Assembly: GCA_019828565.1 (NCBI GenBank)
Contig: JAHDYR010000001.1
Coordinates: 1-64,000 of the forward strand
Length of the DNA stretch: 64,000 nucleotides
Direction: 5' to 3'
Source of the DNA: Carpediemonas membranifera BICM
Lineage: Eukaryota; Protista; Fornicata
This document shows, piece after piece, positions 37,313 to 48,197 of this stretch. The stretch's first letter is position 1. Each line of letters begins with the position of its first letter. Under the pieces are notes generated by a model that made no database searches, was not told the origin of the DNA, and saw only the letters and a list, made by a program, of their open reading frames with translations. Position numbers and translations under genes: made by a program.

Positions 37313-38428
37313 ATGGCTGAAGGACACAGTATTCAGCAGATACGACACGAATTCTTAGCAGTACTCCGCGAAATAGCGCTTGTATGCACTTCCGAGACGC
37401 CTGGCGACATTCCCTCGCTCATTTCCCGTGCCATCTCCGCTTTAGATGAAACCAACAGCCAAACAAGCCCTGCAACAACCAATACATTCACACCAAAGCC
37501 TCCGTTTACGATTGAATCGCTTCTCTCAGGCCTCCGTCTCGCCCTATCATACACCCCTCCGCCCCCAGTGCAACGGCCACTGTCCAAGGCTAGGAGCATC
37601 CTCACAGACGGCCCGAAGCTTAGCATGAACAGCTCTCTCGCCGAACACGAGGATTTACCTGAGAGATGTTACACGCTGGTCCAGGGAACGCTCTGGGCGC
37701 TCCTGATGGACGCGGGGGCCGACCCCGAGCTTGGGGAGGGAAGTGATGCGTACTCTAACGACAGCCGACTCCTCTGGTTCATTTGCAAGAAGTTTTTTTA
37801 TGTGCTTTGTGTCTCGCGACGCAACGGCCATCTGCTACACACCCCAGACGATGTTCACTTCGCCTCGTTCTGCGGTCATCTCTATTCCCGTGGCCGCAAC
37901 GCCGAGTATGGCACCGGTGTGATCTCCTCCAGCCTCTATGTTCCAACGTACCAGCGTGTCAGGGTTCCTCGGGTGTTCGAGCTCAACATCGAGGGTGAGA
38001 GCGTGCTTGCCATCACCACCCGTGGCATGTGGGCCTGGGGGTTCAGCGGGGAGGGTCAGCTGGGCATCGAGCCACGCATGGACGGCATCTCTCCCCCGGC
38101 AAGGGTGGTCTTCCCTGACAAGGGCGTGCAAGAGTACATGGACGAGATCAGCCCATGGCATAGGGGAGAGATGATCCAGAAGGTGTACAGGACCATGCGG
38201 CAGACCTATGTCCAGACGCCCTGCGGTATATTGGCAGCGGGGTACAACAAGGACAATCTGCTCGGCGTTGAGGCGAACGCGCTGCATGTGGTGCGCTTTT
38301 CGTTGGTGAGGGATAGTAATGAGTGCTACATCGAGGGCACCGATGCGGAGGGGCGGGTCGTCTTGCGGCGGAGGCGGCTGGCAGACTATGGGCGTCTGCT
38401 GGCAGAGTTGAGGGAGCGCAGGGGGTAG
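37313..38428 (+). CDS. RCC1-like repeat-containing protein (371 aa)
   Basis: RCC1-type motifs VLAITTRGMWAWGFSGEGQLG and ILAAGYNKDNLLG in a clean ATG-initiated ORF. Confidence 0.65.
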   Translation: MAEGHSIQQIRHEFLAVLREIALVCTSETPGDIPSLISRAISALDETNSQTSPATTNTFTPKPPFTIESLLSGLRLALSYTPPPPVQRPLSKARSILTDGPKLSMNSSLAEHEDLPERCYTLVQGTLWALLMDAGADPELGEGSDAYSNDSRLLWFICKKFFYVLCVSRRNGHLLHTPDDVHFASFCGHLYSRGRNAEYGTGVISSSLYVPTYQRVRVPRVFELNIEGESVLAITTRGMWAWGFSGEGQLGIEPRMDGISPPARVVFPDKGVQEYMDEISPWHRGEMIQKVYRTMRQTYVQTPCGILAAGYNKDNLLGVEANALHVVRFSLVRDSNECYIEGTDAEGRVVLRRRRLADYGRLLAELRERRG

Positions 38429-38514
38429 TGGATTTATGGTTGGCCAGATGTAATGTAACGTAAATCGGTCACTACAACTACTCCATATCACACGTTGGGA
38501 TGAAGCAGCCTTGT

Positions 38515-40109
38515 CTACTCTGCTCTCGCGTCAATGGTCCGGCTGCACACGCGGCACGTGACCTGCCGGTTCGCGCTGACTGTGGCCGACCGATGGCAGT
38601 GGGGGCACGTGACGGTGCGCTGCCTCGCGACGCCCTCGGGCAGGTCGACTGTCTGGCGCGGCGCCATCTCGCACTGGCCGCCGTAGTGGGCCATGTGCTC
38701 TTCCTGGTTGGCCACGCGGAGCAGGCACTTGTGGCAGAAGTCCTGGCCGCACGGGCACTTCGACATCTTGCAGCTGTCCAGGTCGCCCTCGCGCGAGGTC
38801 AGCTCGCCGCACGTGGGGCAGCGGCGGATGACGGGGACGTCCACAGCGGCGCCTCTGCCGAGCGTGACCAGGCGGCACGTCTGCAGGATGTCGTTCTGCT
38901 CGACGAGCGTCCTGATCTCGGCGCGCGAGTATGCCTGCTGGCGCCGCGGGATGACGTAGAAGTCGGCTGCCGCGCCTGCTGCGGCAGGGGCCGAGTCGAG
39001 CACCGCCTGGCGCATCTGGCCGGCGTCCTCCAGACGAGGGAGGCGGGAGGCGCCCGTGCAGTCGGCGTACACGCGGTGGTGGTCGTGGAGGGTCACGCCG
39101 ACGGAGCCGGGCTGGGGGAACTGGCCGCCGAACACGTGGAAGGCGAAGCGGCGGCGCGTCTCGTCGTCCTCGAGCACGGCGCGGAGGGCGTCCTGCACGC
39201 CCTGGCTGTCCGCGGGGAAGCGCAGCGGGGCGAGCACGGCGTCGACCGTGAGCGGGTTGGGGCGCACGAGTAGGGCCCGCAGCTGGGCGGCCGTCAGCGC
39301 GAGGACCTTCTCGCTGAAGCGCGTCTTCGAGGGCGTCGGGCGTGAAGACCAGCGTGCCCTCGCGGAAGATGGGCACAGCGAACACCATGCCCCCGACGGC
39401 CTGGCGGACGGCCACATGCGGCAGCTCGACGACCAGGTCGGGCAGGGCCTTCGCGGAGTCGTCGCCCGAGAGCGTCGCGGGGATGGCGAACAGGTCCTCC
39501 TCGCATGCGGCGATGCTGGCCAGGCTCGCCGAAACGTCGTCAGCGAGGGCGATGTCGACCGGGTCCTCGCGGAACATCTGCAGGCGCACGCGGTCGATGT
39601 CGTCGACGAAGGCGTGGGCGTTCGCGAACCTGCTGCTCGCCGCGTTGAGGTCGACCTCGGGGTCCAGCTCGTTGGCAGCGGCAGCGAAGAGGCCGTCGGC
39701 CAGGGCGCGGCGGACGGACCAGCGGGCCTCGGGGTGGGTGGCGAGCATGCCGGAGAGCACGTCGCGCAGGGCGTCGGGGACGGCAACAGTGGCGAGCAGG
39801 GCGGCGCAGAGAGTGTCGTCGTTGGCGGTCGAACTCTCGAGCAAGTCCCTGTTGTTGCTGAGAGAGAGGATGTCCCTGCAGAAATCCGTATAGTCCTTCG
39901 TCATCAGCGCCAGCATCGTCAGGCCCGCGTGGTACACATCGGCTGCCTGCTGCTCGCGATGCTTCAGCTTCTTTCCGGCCTTGCGCGCGGCGATCTCCTC
40001 GGGCGCGCTGAAGGCGAGCGTGCCGATGTTGACTCCGGTCGCGGTCGCGTTCACGGCGTCCATGTTCGAGGCCGTCTCGAAGTCGACGAGCACGGGGTGG
40101 CCCTCGCGC

Positions 40110-40142
<33 letters not shown>

Positions 40143-43035
40143 CAGACGCCCGCGCTGTGCAGGTCGTGGATCGCGGTGAGCAGGCCGTGGAGCAGTCTGC
40201 GCAGGCTGTCGGGCGAGTCGGCTGGGGCGTCGCGCAGATGGCGCTCGAGGCGCTCCATGACGATCGTGCAGGTCTGCTCGGCGCTGTCGACGAGGACGAA
40301 GTGCAGCTTGGGCGCAGCGGGGCTGTGCGCCATGCGCGACAGGATGCCCGCCTCGCGGTCGCAGAGCTTGCGATGGTGCTCGGTGTCGAGCTTGAAGGTC
40401 TTGGCGAAGAAGGTCTGGCCGTCGCGGGTCACGATCTGGCACAGCGCTCTGTTCTCGCTGACGGTCGACTCGACGGCGAAGTCGGACAGCGACAGGTCGG
40501 CGCGCATCTCGGGGAGGTCCATGAGGTGGGCCAGCCCCATCTCGCGCAGCTCGGCGAAGAGGCTGGCCGACGGCGCGGTGAGGGCCTCCAGCTCGGGGCA
40601 GAGCCGGACGAGCTGCGGCGTGCGGCGGGAAAGAACATCCTTCATGTGTGCCAGCTTGACTTTGACGGAGTCTAGTTCCTTCTGCGCTTCGTCAAGCTTG
40701 CCGACGCCGTGTTTGCGTTTCCTGCTGAAGAAGTCGACATCCTCTTCGAGCTCCTCGGCCTTGCTCTTCAGGTCTGGTAGTCGCCCAGCGACCGGAGCTG
40801 CGCAGTGATGGCGTCGGCCTCGGCGAACCCAGCCAGGTGGACCTCAGCCTCGGCGGCCAGGCCAGTCAACTGGCGAATGGTGCGCTCCTCAGCGCTCGTG
40901 TCCTCGCCAAGCTCCTTCCGACTGAGGGCACACTGCCACGTCACGCGGACGGCCGGCTGGAGGAAGGCGCGGAGCGTGGCGTACCTGGCCTGCAGCTCGG
41001 GCGCGAGGGTGGGGAAGTCGACGACCTCGTTGTCAGCGGCCTCGAGCATGCGGGCCATCTCGTCGAGCGAGGGGAGAGACTCGAAGGCGGCGGCGCCGTC
41101 GACGATGGCCGAGGCCGCCTGGTAGGCAGCGCTGACAGCGGCGATCCTGGCCTCGAGCGCCTCGACCCCGGCCCTGGCCTGGGCGATGACGCGGATCTCT
41201 GGGTGGCGTCTGGCCGGGCCGAGTCGGCTGATGAGACCAGCGGGCGACGGAGTGTCGTCAGTGTCAGGTGTTGGCATGGCGACCGAGAGCAGGGGTGGCC
41301 CTCGAGCGTGGCGCTCAGCCCAGCAGCCTGGTCGGCAGCGGCGAAGGTCACCATGGCCTGGAGAGACGAAATGGTGGTCCTCGCGTCAGAGAGTTTTGTC
41401 CTCGCCCAAGACAGTTCTGTACTCGCCTCAGAGAGCTCCACCCTGAGTCTGGCGTTGCAGTTCGCCAGTGATGTGATTGCGTCAACGGCATCATTATGCG
41501 GACCTTCGGCCACAAACAGTCCACCCGCCATTCTGATCATGGACGAAATCGGGGCGGCCATGGCGATGCGGAGATCTCGTGGGGCGACCTGCGATGAGGC
41601 CACGCGAGAGACGACCTGCCTCAGCTGGCCGATAGACGCGTCAACCAGGACAACGTCCGAGACGGCGCCCGAGCAGAAGTCGGCAACAATCTGGTCGCAC
41701 CTGCATTCGTTGAAGAGCTTGATGAGCTTGGCCAGCTCGGCGTCCTTGGAGTCTATCTTGGCGAACTTGTCCTCCAGCCAGACTCTGGCGGCGGGGCGGG
41801 TCAGCGTCATCGTGAAGGAGCGGGGCAGACCAGTGGCGAGGAAGTGGAGGAGGATGCGAGCGGTGTCGCTGATGAGTACTTCTGAGTCGTCAGGGTCGAT
41901 GGCGATGTCGGCGTCGGGGGCGACTGGGCTGGAGCAGAGCTGGTTGACGGTGGCCAGGAACTGGAGGGTGCGGGTGAGTGCGCTCCAGACCTTGGCTGTC
42001 GTGTCGCTGGATCCAGACACGATCGTGGTGCCGTCTCGGGAGAACGCGACACCATCCACCGTATGATTGTGCCCCGAGAACGTCCTGATCAGCGCCCCGG
42101 TCGCGACGTCCCACTGCATGATGGTGTTGTCGCCAGACCCAGACAGCAGAGTCCTGCCGTCGGGGGAGAAGGCGAGGCTCCACACAATATCGGTGTGCCC
42201 AATAAGGGTCCGAGTCAGCTCGCCAGTTGCGGAGTCCCAGAACTTGATTGAGCCAACATTGTCTCCGGATGCGATGATGGCCCCGTCGGGTGACACGGCA
42301 ATCGTGATGACACCGGAACCATGGTCCATGGTCCTGATGCATTCGCCAGTTGTGGCGATCCACTGCTTGACCTTGCTGTCCCAACTTCCAGTGCAAATGG
42401 TCGAGCCATCAGGGGAGATGGCCACACCGATCACCTCTCTGGAATGCCCTGTGAATGTCAGCCTGCACTGCCCTGTCTCGACGTCCCAGACCTTGGCGGT
42501 TTTGTCATACGATCCAGAGACCAGGGTGCGGCCATCGGACGAGAATGCAAGGCAGTGCACAACATCAGTGTGCCCGCTTTGGGTCTTAGTCACCCGACCT
42601 GTGGCTACGTTCCAGAGTTTGATACTTACGTCATCGCCACCAGAAGCGATGGTCGCCCCGTCCGGCGACACGGCAACGCATAAGTTGACCTCCATGTGTC
42701 ATGGTCCTGATACACTGACCAGTGGCCGAGTCCCACAGCTTGACGGTGCCATCGCATGAGGCACTGACGATGGTGCCGTCGGAGGTGGCGGCGGCACCGT
42801 GCACAACGTATTCGTGCCCAGTCAGTGTCCTAACGCACTCACCAGCCTCCATAGGTTTCATAGACCGCGTGTTCCACGCTTCTAGCGCGAGCTCAACCCT
42901 GTTCTCATGGTCGGCCTCGAGTCTACCACGCACCATAGAAACGGTAACAGCGGGCTCAGTGAGCTCCATCGTCAGAGTCTCTGGTTCTATACTCTCGCTG
43001 AGTAGGTACTGGATGACCTGCTCGAGGTCCTGCAC
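38515..43035 (-). pseudogene. Copy A: frameshifted multidomain gene, 7xWD40 - helical/coiled coil - Ser/Thr kinase - HECT-like - RBR Rcat (RING2) - Zn ribbon
   Basis: Five overlapping minus-strand ORFs (42631-43035, 40941-42695, 40768-41277, 38531-40645, 38515-39786) join into one ~1500-aa protein through 4 small frameshifts (~42680, ~41293, ~40772, ~39320). Motifs: GH..WD repeats; FFAK, HRDLKPEN, DFE, GTLAFSAPE; CPTCG...SCKMSKCPCGQDFCHKC; CPHC...CRVC. Some shifts could be sequencing errors. Confidence 0.8.
41975..42850 (-). other. Seven WD40 repeats (beta-propeller) of copy A
   Basis: Seven units like RTLIGHTDIVWSLAFSPDGRTLLSGSGDNTIMQWDVATG. One frameshift in repeat 2. Confidence 0.92.
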
Positions 43036-43531
43036 GGTGATTGGTGTCTCGCCTCGCTTGCGGATCTGGATGCCCTCGGGGCCGGGGCGCTCAGCTCTTG
43101 CGGTGCGGATCTGTACATCTACTGCTCTGCAGCCCTTGCTGCGTGAGAATGCGGCCTAGACACGTACCACTGGCTGTGTAAGCGTGGAATTGACGGATCA
43201 AACGCGTCAGGCGTGCTGTGTAAGGGAATCGCGATGCAGCTGGGCTACTGCTGTTGCTACGCACCATCTGTGTGAGAATCGCTGGAAACCGCGAACCTTG
43301 GGCATCATCGCTCCATGCTTGAAAACGACCAAGTCATCCGAGTCGATTGTGCTCAGGGGTGAGTCGACGCCGTGCCAGCCGCGGAACGCAACAGTGACGC
43401 AGGACAGTGGCACTCGCCCTTGCCGAGGATGCCTTGGTCGAGGAATTGACGATCAACCAGAGGGCTGTGAATGATGCATGGTCAGTCCTCCACACCATAT
43501 TGCTCATGCTAGCTGGGCTATCATACATTTA

Positions 43532-45022
43532 CTAGCCGTACTGCATCCGTACGGCCTGGGTCAGGCTCTTCATCCGGTCGACCTGCACGCTAAGCTCCTT
43601 CCGCTCCACGCTGAGCTGCCGGATCTGCTCCTTCATCTGGGCGATGGCGTCCCTGCGCTGTGTGCCAGTGCTGTCCCGCTGCGCCCTGAGACTCCTGATC
43701 TGCTCGTTCAACTCGGCCAGCTCCTCCTCCCTCGTCTTCACAAGGTCCAGTGTCGTCGTGTCCCGGTCCGCCACGGTCGCCAGACGCTGCTGCAGCGCCC
43801 GACGGTGCTCAACCCGCTGGGCGAGCTCAGATTCAGCAGTCTGAGCCAATATCTGACGGTCATGGTCGATCTGCGCCTTTCTTTCCTTCGTATCGCCCAA
43901 TGCCCGCTCGAGGTCCGCGATCTGGCCTTTCGCGTGGTCAAGCTCGCTCTCCAACCTCCTACGCTCCTCGAGCGCCCTGCTGTGTTCCGCCTCGGCCTCC
44001 TCTAGGTCCAGAGACTGTGCGTCGGTCGCCCTGGTCGCTGCACTACGGCGGGCGTCGTCGGCAGCGTTCAAGTCGGCCTCCAGCTCGAGCAGCTTGCGTC
44101 TAAGCTCTCTGTTACGAGTTTCCTCGACTCTCTTCCTCTGTTCGAGGTCTGCGGCGAGTGACAGCAGCCGCGCGACCTCCTCCGACAGCTGCTGCACCTC
44201 GACGTTGCCCTCAGAGGCCGCCATGGCAGAGCTGCTGCGGGTGGTCTCAACGTCGGCTGTGACGCCGCGTATCGACATGCTAAGGGCCTCGACGGACGCG
44301 AGGAGGGCCGCGATACGGCCAGTGGCCCCGTCGGCGACAGTCTTGACGCTGCCAAGACTCACGGCCATGCGGTCGAGAGAGTCCCCGAACCGCCTGGCAA
44401 GCGTGTCAGCGCCTGCCTTTGCGACGGCCGCCTCCTGCCGCTTTTGCTCCACCGACGACGTCATTGTGCGAATGTTTCCCTCCGATGCATCCCGGAGGTC
44501 CCGTAGGCGGCGCTCCTCCTCCTCAACTCGGCACTTGAGGGCTTCCCGTTCGTGGTTGACCGAGGCCTCCTCTCTACGGAGACGTTCGGTCTCCTTGCGG
44601 ACAGCATCCCGCTGGGTATCGAGGTGACGATGGGCGGCAGTATGGCGCTGTGACTCCTTATCTAATGCGTCCTCATGCTCTCGTTGAACATTCAGCTTCG
44701 AGGAGCGAAGGGCTTCCGTGTTGGCGCTGTAGCTGTTCTCGATTGTCGAGACACGGTCTCGGACACGACGGAGCTTGGGCTTGAGGTCATCACGCTCCCA
44801 CATGGCATGCTCAAGAGCGTCTTGCTTCTTTTGGAACTCGTTCTGGAGCTCCGCATGGAGGCGTTGGAAGCGATGGCGGTCATCGTCTGCTTGTTGCGCT
44901 TGACGGCGAGAGGCAAAGACCATTTGCTTCATGCGCGTCAAGCGAGTGTTAGCTTCTTCCAAATACGTGAGAAGCTCCCGGCTTTGGTTCATAAGATGGT
45001 GATGGCTTTGTGTATTCCGCAT
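43532..45022 (-). CDS. Long coiled-coil protein (496 aa), function unknown
   Basis: ATG-initiated ORF rich in E/R/L/A/Q with heptad character and almost no Pro. Confidence 0.8.
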   Translation of the reverse strand: MRNTQSHHHLMNQSRELLTYLEEANTRLTRMKQMVFASRRQAQQADDDRHRFQRLHAELQNEFQKKQDALEHAMWERDDLKPKLRRVRDRVSTIENSYSANTEALRSSKLNVQREHEDALDKESQRHTAAHRHLDTQRDAVRKETERLRREEASVNHEREALKCRVEEEERRLRDLRDASEGNIRTMTSSVEQKRQEAAVAKAGADTLARRFGDSLDRMAVSLGSVKTVADGATGRIAALLASVEALSMSIRGVTADVETTRSSSAMAASEGNVEVQQLSEEVARLLSLAADLEQRKRVEETRNRELRRKLLELEADLNAADDARRSAATRATDAQSLDLEEAEAEHSRALEERRRLESELDHAKGQIADLERALGDTKERKAQIDHDRQILAQTAESELAQRVEHRRALQQRLATVADRDTTTLDLVKTREEELAELNEQIRSLRAQRDSTGTQRRDAIAQMKEQIRQLSVERKELSVQVDRMKSLTQAVRMQYG

Positions 45023-45104
45023 AGCAAGATAAGAAGGAAGGTGCTCTGCGGCTGCTCAAAAAGGCCAGTGCAGGCTGCAATGTCGTGAATATCTACCCGG
45101 TTCC

Positions 45105-46806
45105 TCAGGCTGACGAGGAGGCGGGTTGGTGCCAGTCGGGCCCCACAAGGTCCGCGGCGAGCGGAGGGAGCTCGTCGAGGTGGACGTGGCCGGGGACGAA
45201 TAAACTTGACAAACTCTACACAGCTCTCGCGTCAATGGTCCGGCTGCACCCGCGGCACGTGACCTGCCTCCGGTTCGCGCTGACTGTGGCCGACCGATGG
45301 CAGTGGGGGCACGTGACGGTGCGCTGCCTCGCGACGCCCTCGGGCAGGTCGACTGTCTGGCGCGGCGCCATCTCGCACTGGCCGCCGTAGTGGGCCATGT
45401 GCTCTTCCTGGTTGGCCACGCGGAGCAGGCACTTGTGGCAGAAGTCCTGGCCGCACGGGCACTTCGACATCTTGCAGCTGTCCAGGTCGCCCTCGCGCGA
45501 GGTCAGCTCGCCGCACGTGGGGCAGCGGCGGATGACGGGGACGTCCACAGCGGCGCCTCTGCCGAGCGTGACCAGGCGGCACGTCTGCAGGATGTCGTTC
45601 TGCTCGACGAGCGTCCTGATCTCGGCGCGCGAGTATGCCTGCTGGCGCCGCGGGATGACGTAGAAGTCGGCTGCCGCGCCTGATGTGGCAGGGGCCGAGT
45701 CGAGCACCGCCTGGCGCATCTGGCCGGCGTCCTCCAGACGAGAGAGGCGCCCGCGCAGTCGGCGTACACGCGGTGGTGGTCGTGGAGGGTCACGCCGACG
45801 GAGCCGGGCTGGGGGAGCTGGCCGCCGAACACGTGGAAGGCGAAGCGGCGGCGCGTCTCGTCGTCCTCGAGCACGGCGCGGAGGGCGTCCTGCACGCCCT
45901 GGCTGTCCGCGGGGAAGCGCAGCGGGGCGAGCACGGCGTCGACCGTGAGCGGGTTGGGGCGCACGAGTAGGGCCCGCAGCTGGGCGGCCGTCAGCGCGAG
46001 GACCTTCTCGCTGAAGCGCGTCTTCGAGGGCGTCGGGCGTGAAGACCAGCGTGCCCTCGCGGAAGATGGGCACAGCGAACACCATGCCCCCGACGGCCTG
46101 GCGGACGGCCACATGCGGCAGCTCGACGACCAGGTCGGGCAGGGCCTTCGCGGCGTCGTCGCCCGAGAGCGTCGCGGGGATGGCGAACAGGTCCTCCTCG
46201 CATGCGGCGATGCTGGCCAGGCTCGCCGAAACGTCGTCAGCGAGGGCGATGTCGACCGGGTCCTCGCGGAACATCTGCAGGCGCACGCGGTCGATGTCGT
46301 CGACGAAGGCGTGGGCGTTCGCGAACCTGCTGCTCGCCGCGTTGAGGTCGACCTCGGGGTCCAGCTCGTTGGCAGCAGCAGCGAAGAGGCCGTCGGCCAG
46401 GGCGCGGCGGACGGACCAGCGGGCCTCGGGGTGGGTGGCGAGCATGCCGGAGAGCACGTCGCGCAGGGCGTCGGGGACGGCAACAGTGGCGAGCAGGGCG
46501 GCGCAGAGAGTGTCGTCGTTGGCGGTCGAACTCTCGAGCAAGTCCCTGTTGTTGCTGAGAGAGAGGATGTCCCTGCAGAAATCCGTATAGTCCTTCGTCA
46601 TCAGCGCCAGCATCGTCAGGCCCGCGTGGTACACATCGGCTGCCTGCTGCTCGCGATGCTTCAGCTTCTTTCCGGCCTTGCGCGCGGCGATCTCCTCGGG
46701 CGCGCTGAAGGCGAGCGTGCCGATGTTGACTCCGGTCGCGGTCGCGTTCACGGCGTCCATGTTCGAGGCCGTCTCGAAGTCGACGAGCACGGGGTGGCCC
46801 TCGCGC

Positions 46807-46839
<33 letters not shown>

Positions 46840-48030
46840 CAGACGCCCGCGCTGTGCAGGTCGTGGATCGCGGTGAGCAGGCCGTGGAGCAGTCTGCGCA
46901 GGCTGTCGGGCGAGTCGGCTGGGGCGTCGCGCAGATGGCGCTCGAGGCGCTCCATGACGATCGTGCAGGTCTGCTCGGCGCTGTCGACGAGGACGAAGTG
47001 CAGCTTGGGCGCAGCGGGGCTGTGCGCCATGCGCGACAGGATGCCCGCCTCGCGGTCGCAGAGCTTGCGATGGTGCTCGGTGTCGAGCTTGAAGGTCTTG
47101 GCGAAGAAGGTCTGGCCGTCGCGGGTCACGATCTGGCACAGCGCTCTGTTCTCGCTGACGGTCGACTCGACGGCGAAGTCGGACAGCGACAGGTCGGCGC
47201 GCATCTCGGGGAGGTCCATGAGGTGGGCCAGCCCCATCTCGCGCAGCTCGGCGAAGAGGCTGGCCGACGGCGCGGTGAGGGCCTCCAGCTCGGGGCAGAG
47301 CCGGACGAGCTGCGGCGTGCGGCGGGAAAGAACATCCTTCATGTGTGCCAGCTTGACTTTGACGGAGTCTAGTTCCTTCTGCGCTTCGTCAAGCTTGCCG
47401 ACGCCGTGTTTGCGTTTCCTGCTGAAGAAGTCGACATCCTCTTCGAGCTCCTCGGCCTTGCTCTTCAGGTCTGGTAGTCGCCCAGCGACCGGAGCTGCGC
47501 AGTGATGGCGTCGGCCTCGGCGAACCCAGCCAGGTGGACCTCAGCCTCGGCGGCCAGGCCAGTCAACTGGCGAATGGTGCGCTCCTCAGCGCTCGTGTCC
47601 TCGCCAAGCTCCTTCCGACTGAGGGCACACTGCCACGTCACGCGGACGGCCGGCTGGAGGAAGGCGCGGAGCGTGGCGTACCTGGCCTGCAGCTCGGGCG
47701 CGAGGGTGGGGAAGTCGACGACCTCGTTGTCAGCGGCCTCGAGCATGCGGGCCATCTCGTCGAGCGAGGGGAGAGACTCGAAGGCGGCGGCGCCGTCGAC
47801 GATGGCCGAGGCCGCCTGGTAGGCAGCGCTGACAGCGGCGATCCTGGCCTCGAGCGCCTCGACCCCGGCCCTGGCCTGGGCGATGGCCGCCTCGTACTCG
47901 GTGATGCGGATCTCTGGGTGGCGTCTGGCCGGGCCGAGTCGGCTGATGAGACCAGCGGGCGACGGAGGGTCGCAAATGCTCACAACATCGTCATTGATGG
48001 CGGCCGAGAGCAGGGGATGACCCTCGAGCA
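45105..48030. repeat. Dispersed ~2.5-2.9 kb segmental repeat (other copies 38515-~41310 and 61498-64000), all in the same orientation
   Basis: Long identical stretches by direct comparison. B and C share a left flank starting TCAGGCTGACGAGGAG (45105, 61498). Confidence 0.95.
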
Positions 48031-48142
48031 TGACGTTGATGTCCGCGGCGCGGTTGGCTTCGGTGAAGCGGCCGGGCTGGGGCGAGGCGCAGAATGACGA
48101 TGGCGAGAATCTCTTCGCAAGTGTTGTGGAAACAACCAGCAC
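45216..48142 (-). pseudogene. Copy B: 5'-truncated coiled coil - kinase - HECT-like - Rcat - Zn ribbon gene (no WD40)
   Basis: Near-identical to 38515-41310. Same frameshifts at ~47469 and ~46017. An extra 7-bp deletion at ~45745 puts Rcat in frame with the kinase (ORF 45216-47342). Confidence 0.8.
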
Positions 48143-48197
48143 TCGGTCTGATCAATCAAACAGCCAATCAAACACGACGAGCACTTTATCCCCATCA

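Noticed and set aside
39056-47505. Long antisense and alternative-frame ORFs over the kinase copies (e.g. 39056-40675 +, 45945-47372 +)
   Set aside because: Shadow ORFs caused by very high GC3 of the minus-strand coding frame.
45090-48197. Copy B as a classical transposon
   Set aside because: No terminal inverted repeats, target-site duplication, poly-A tail, or transposase/RT motifs were found.
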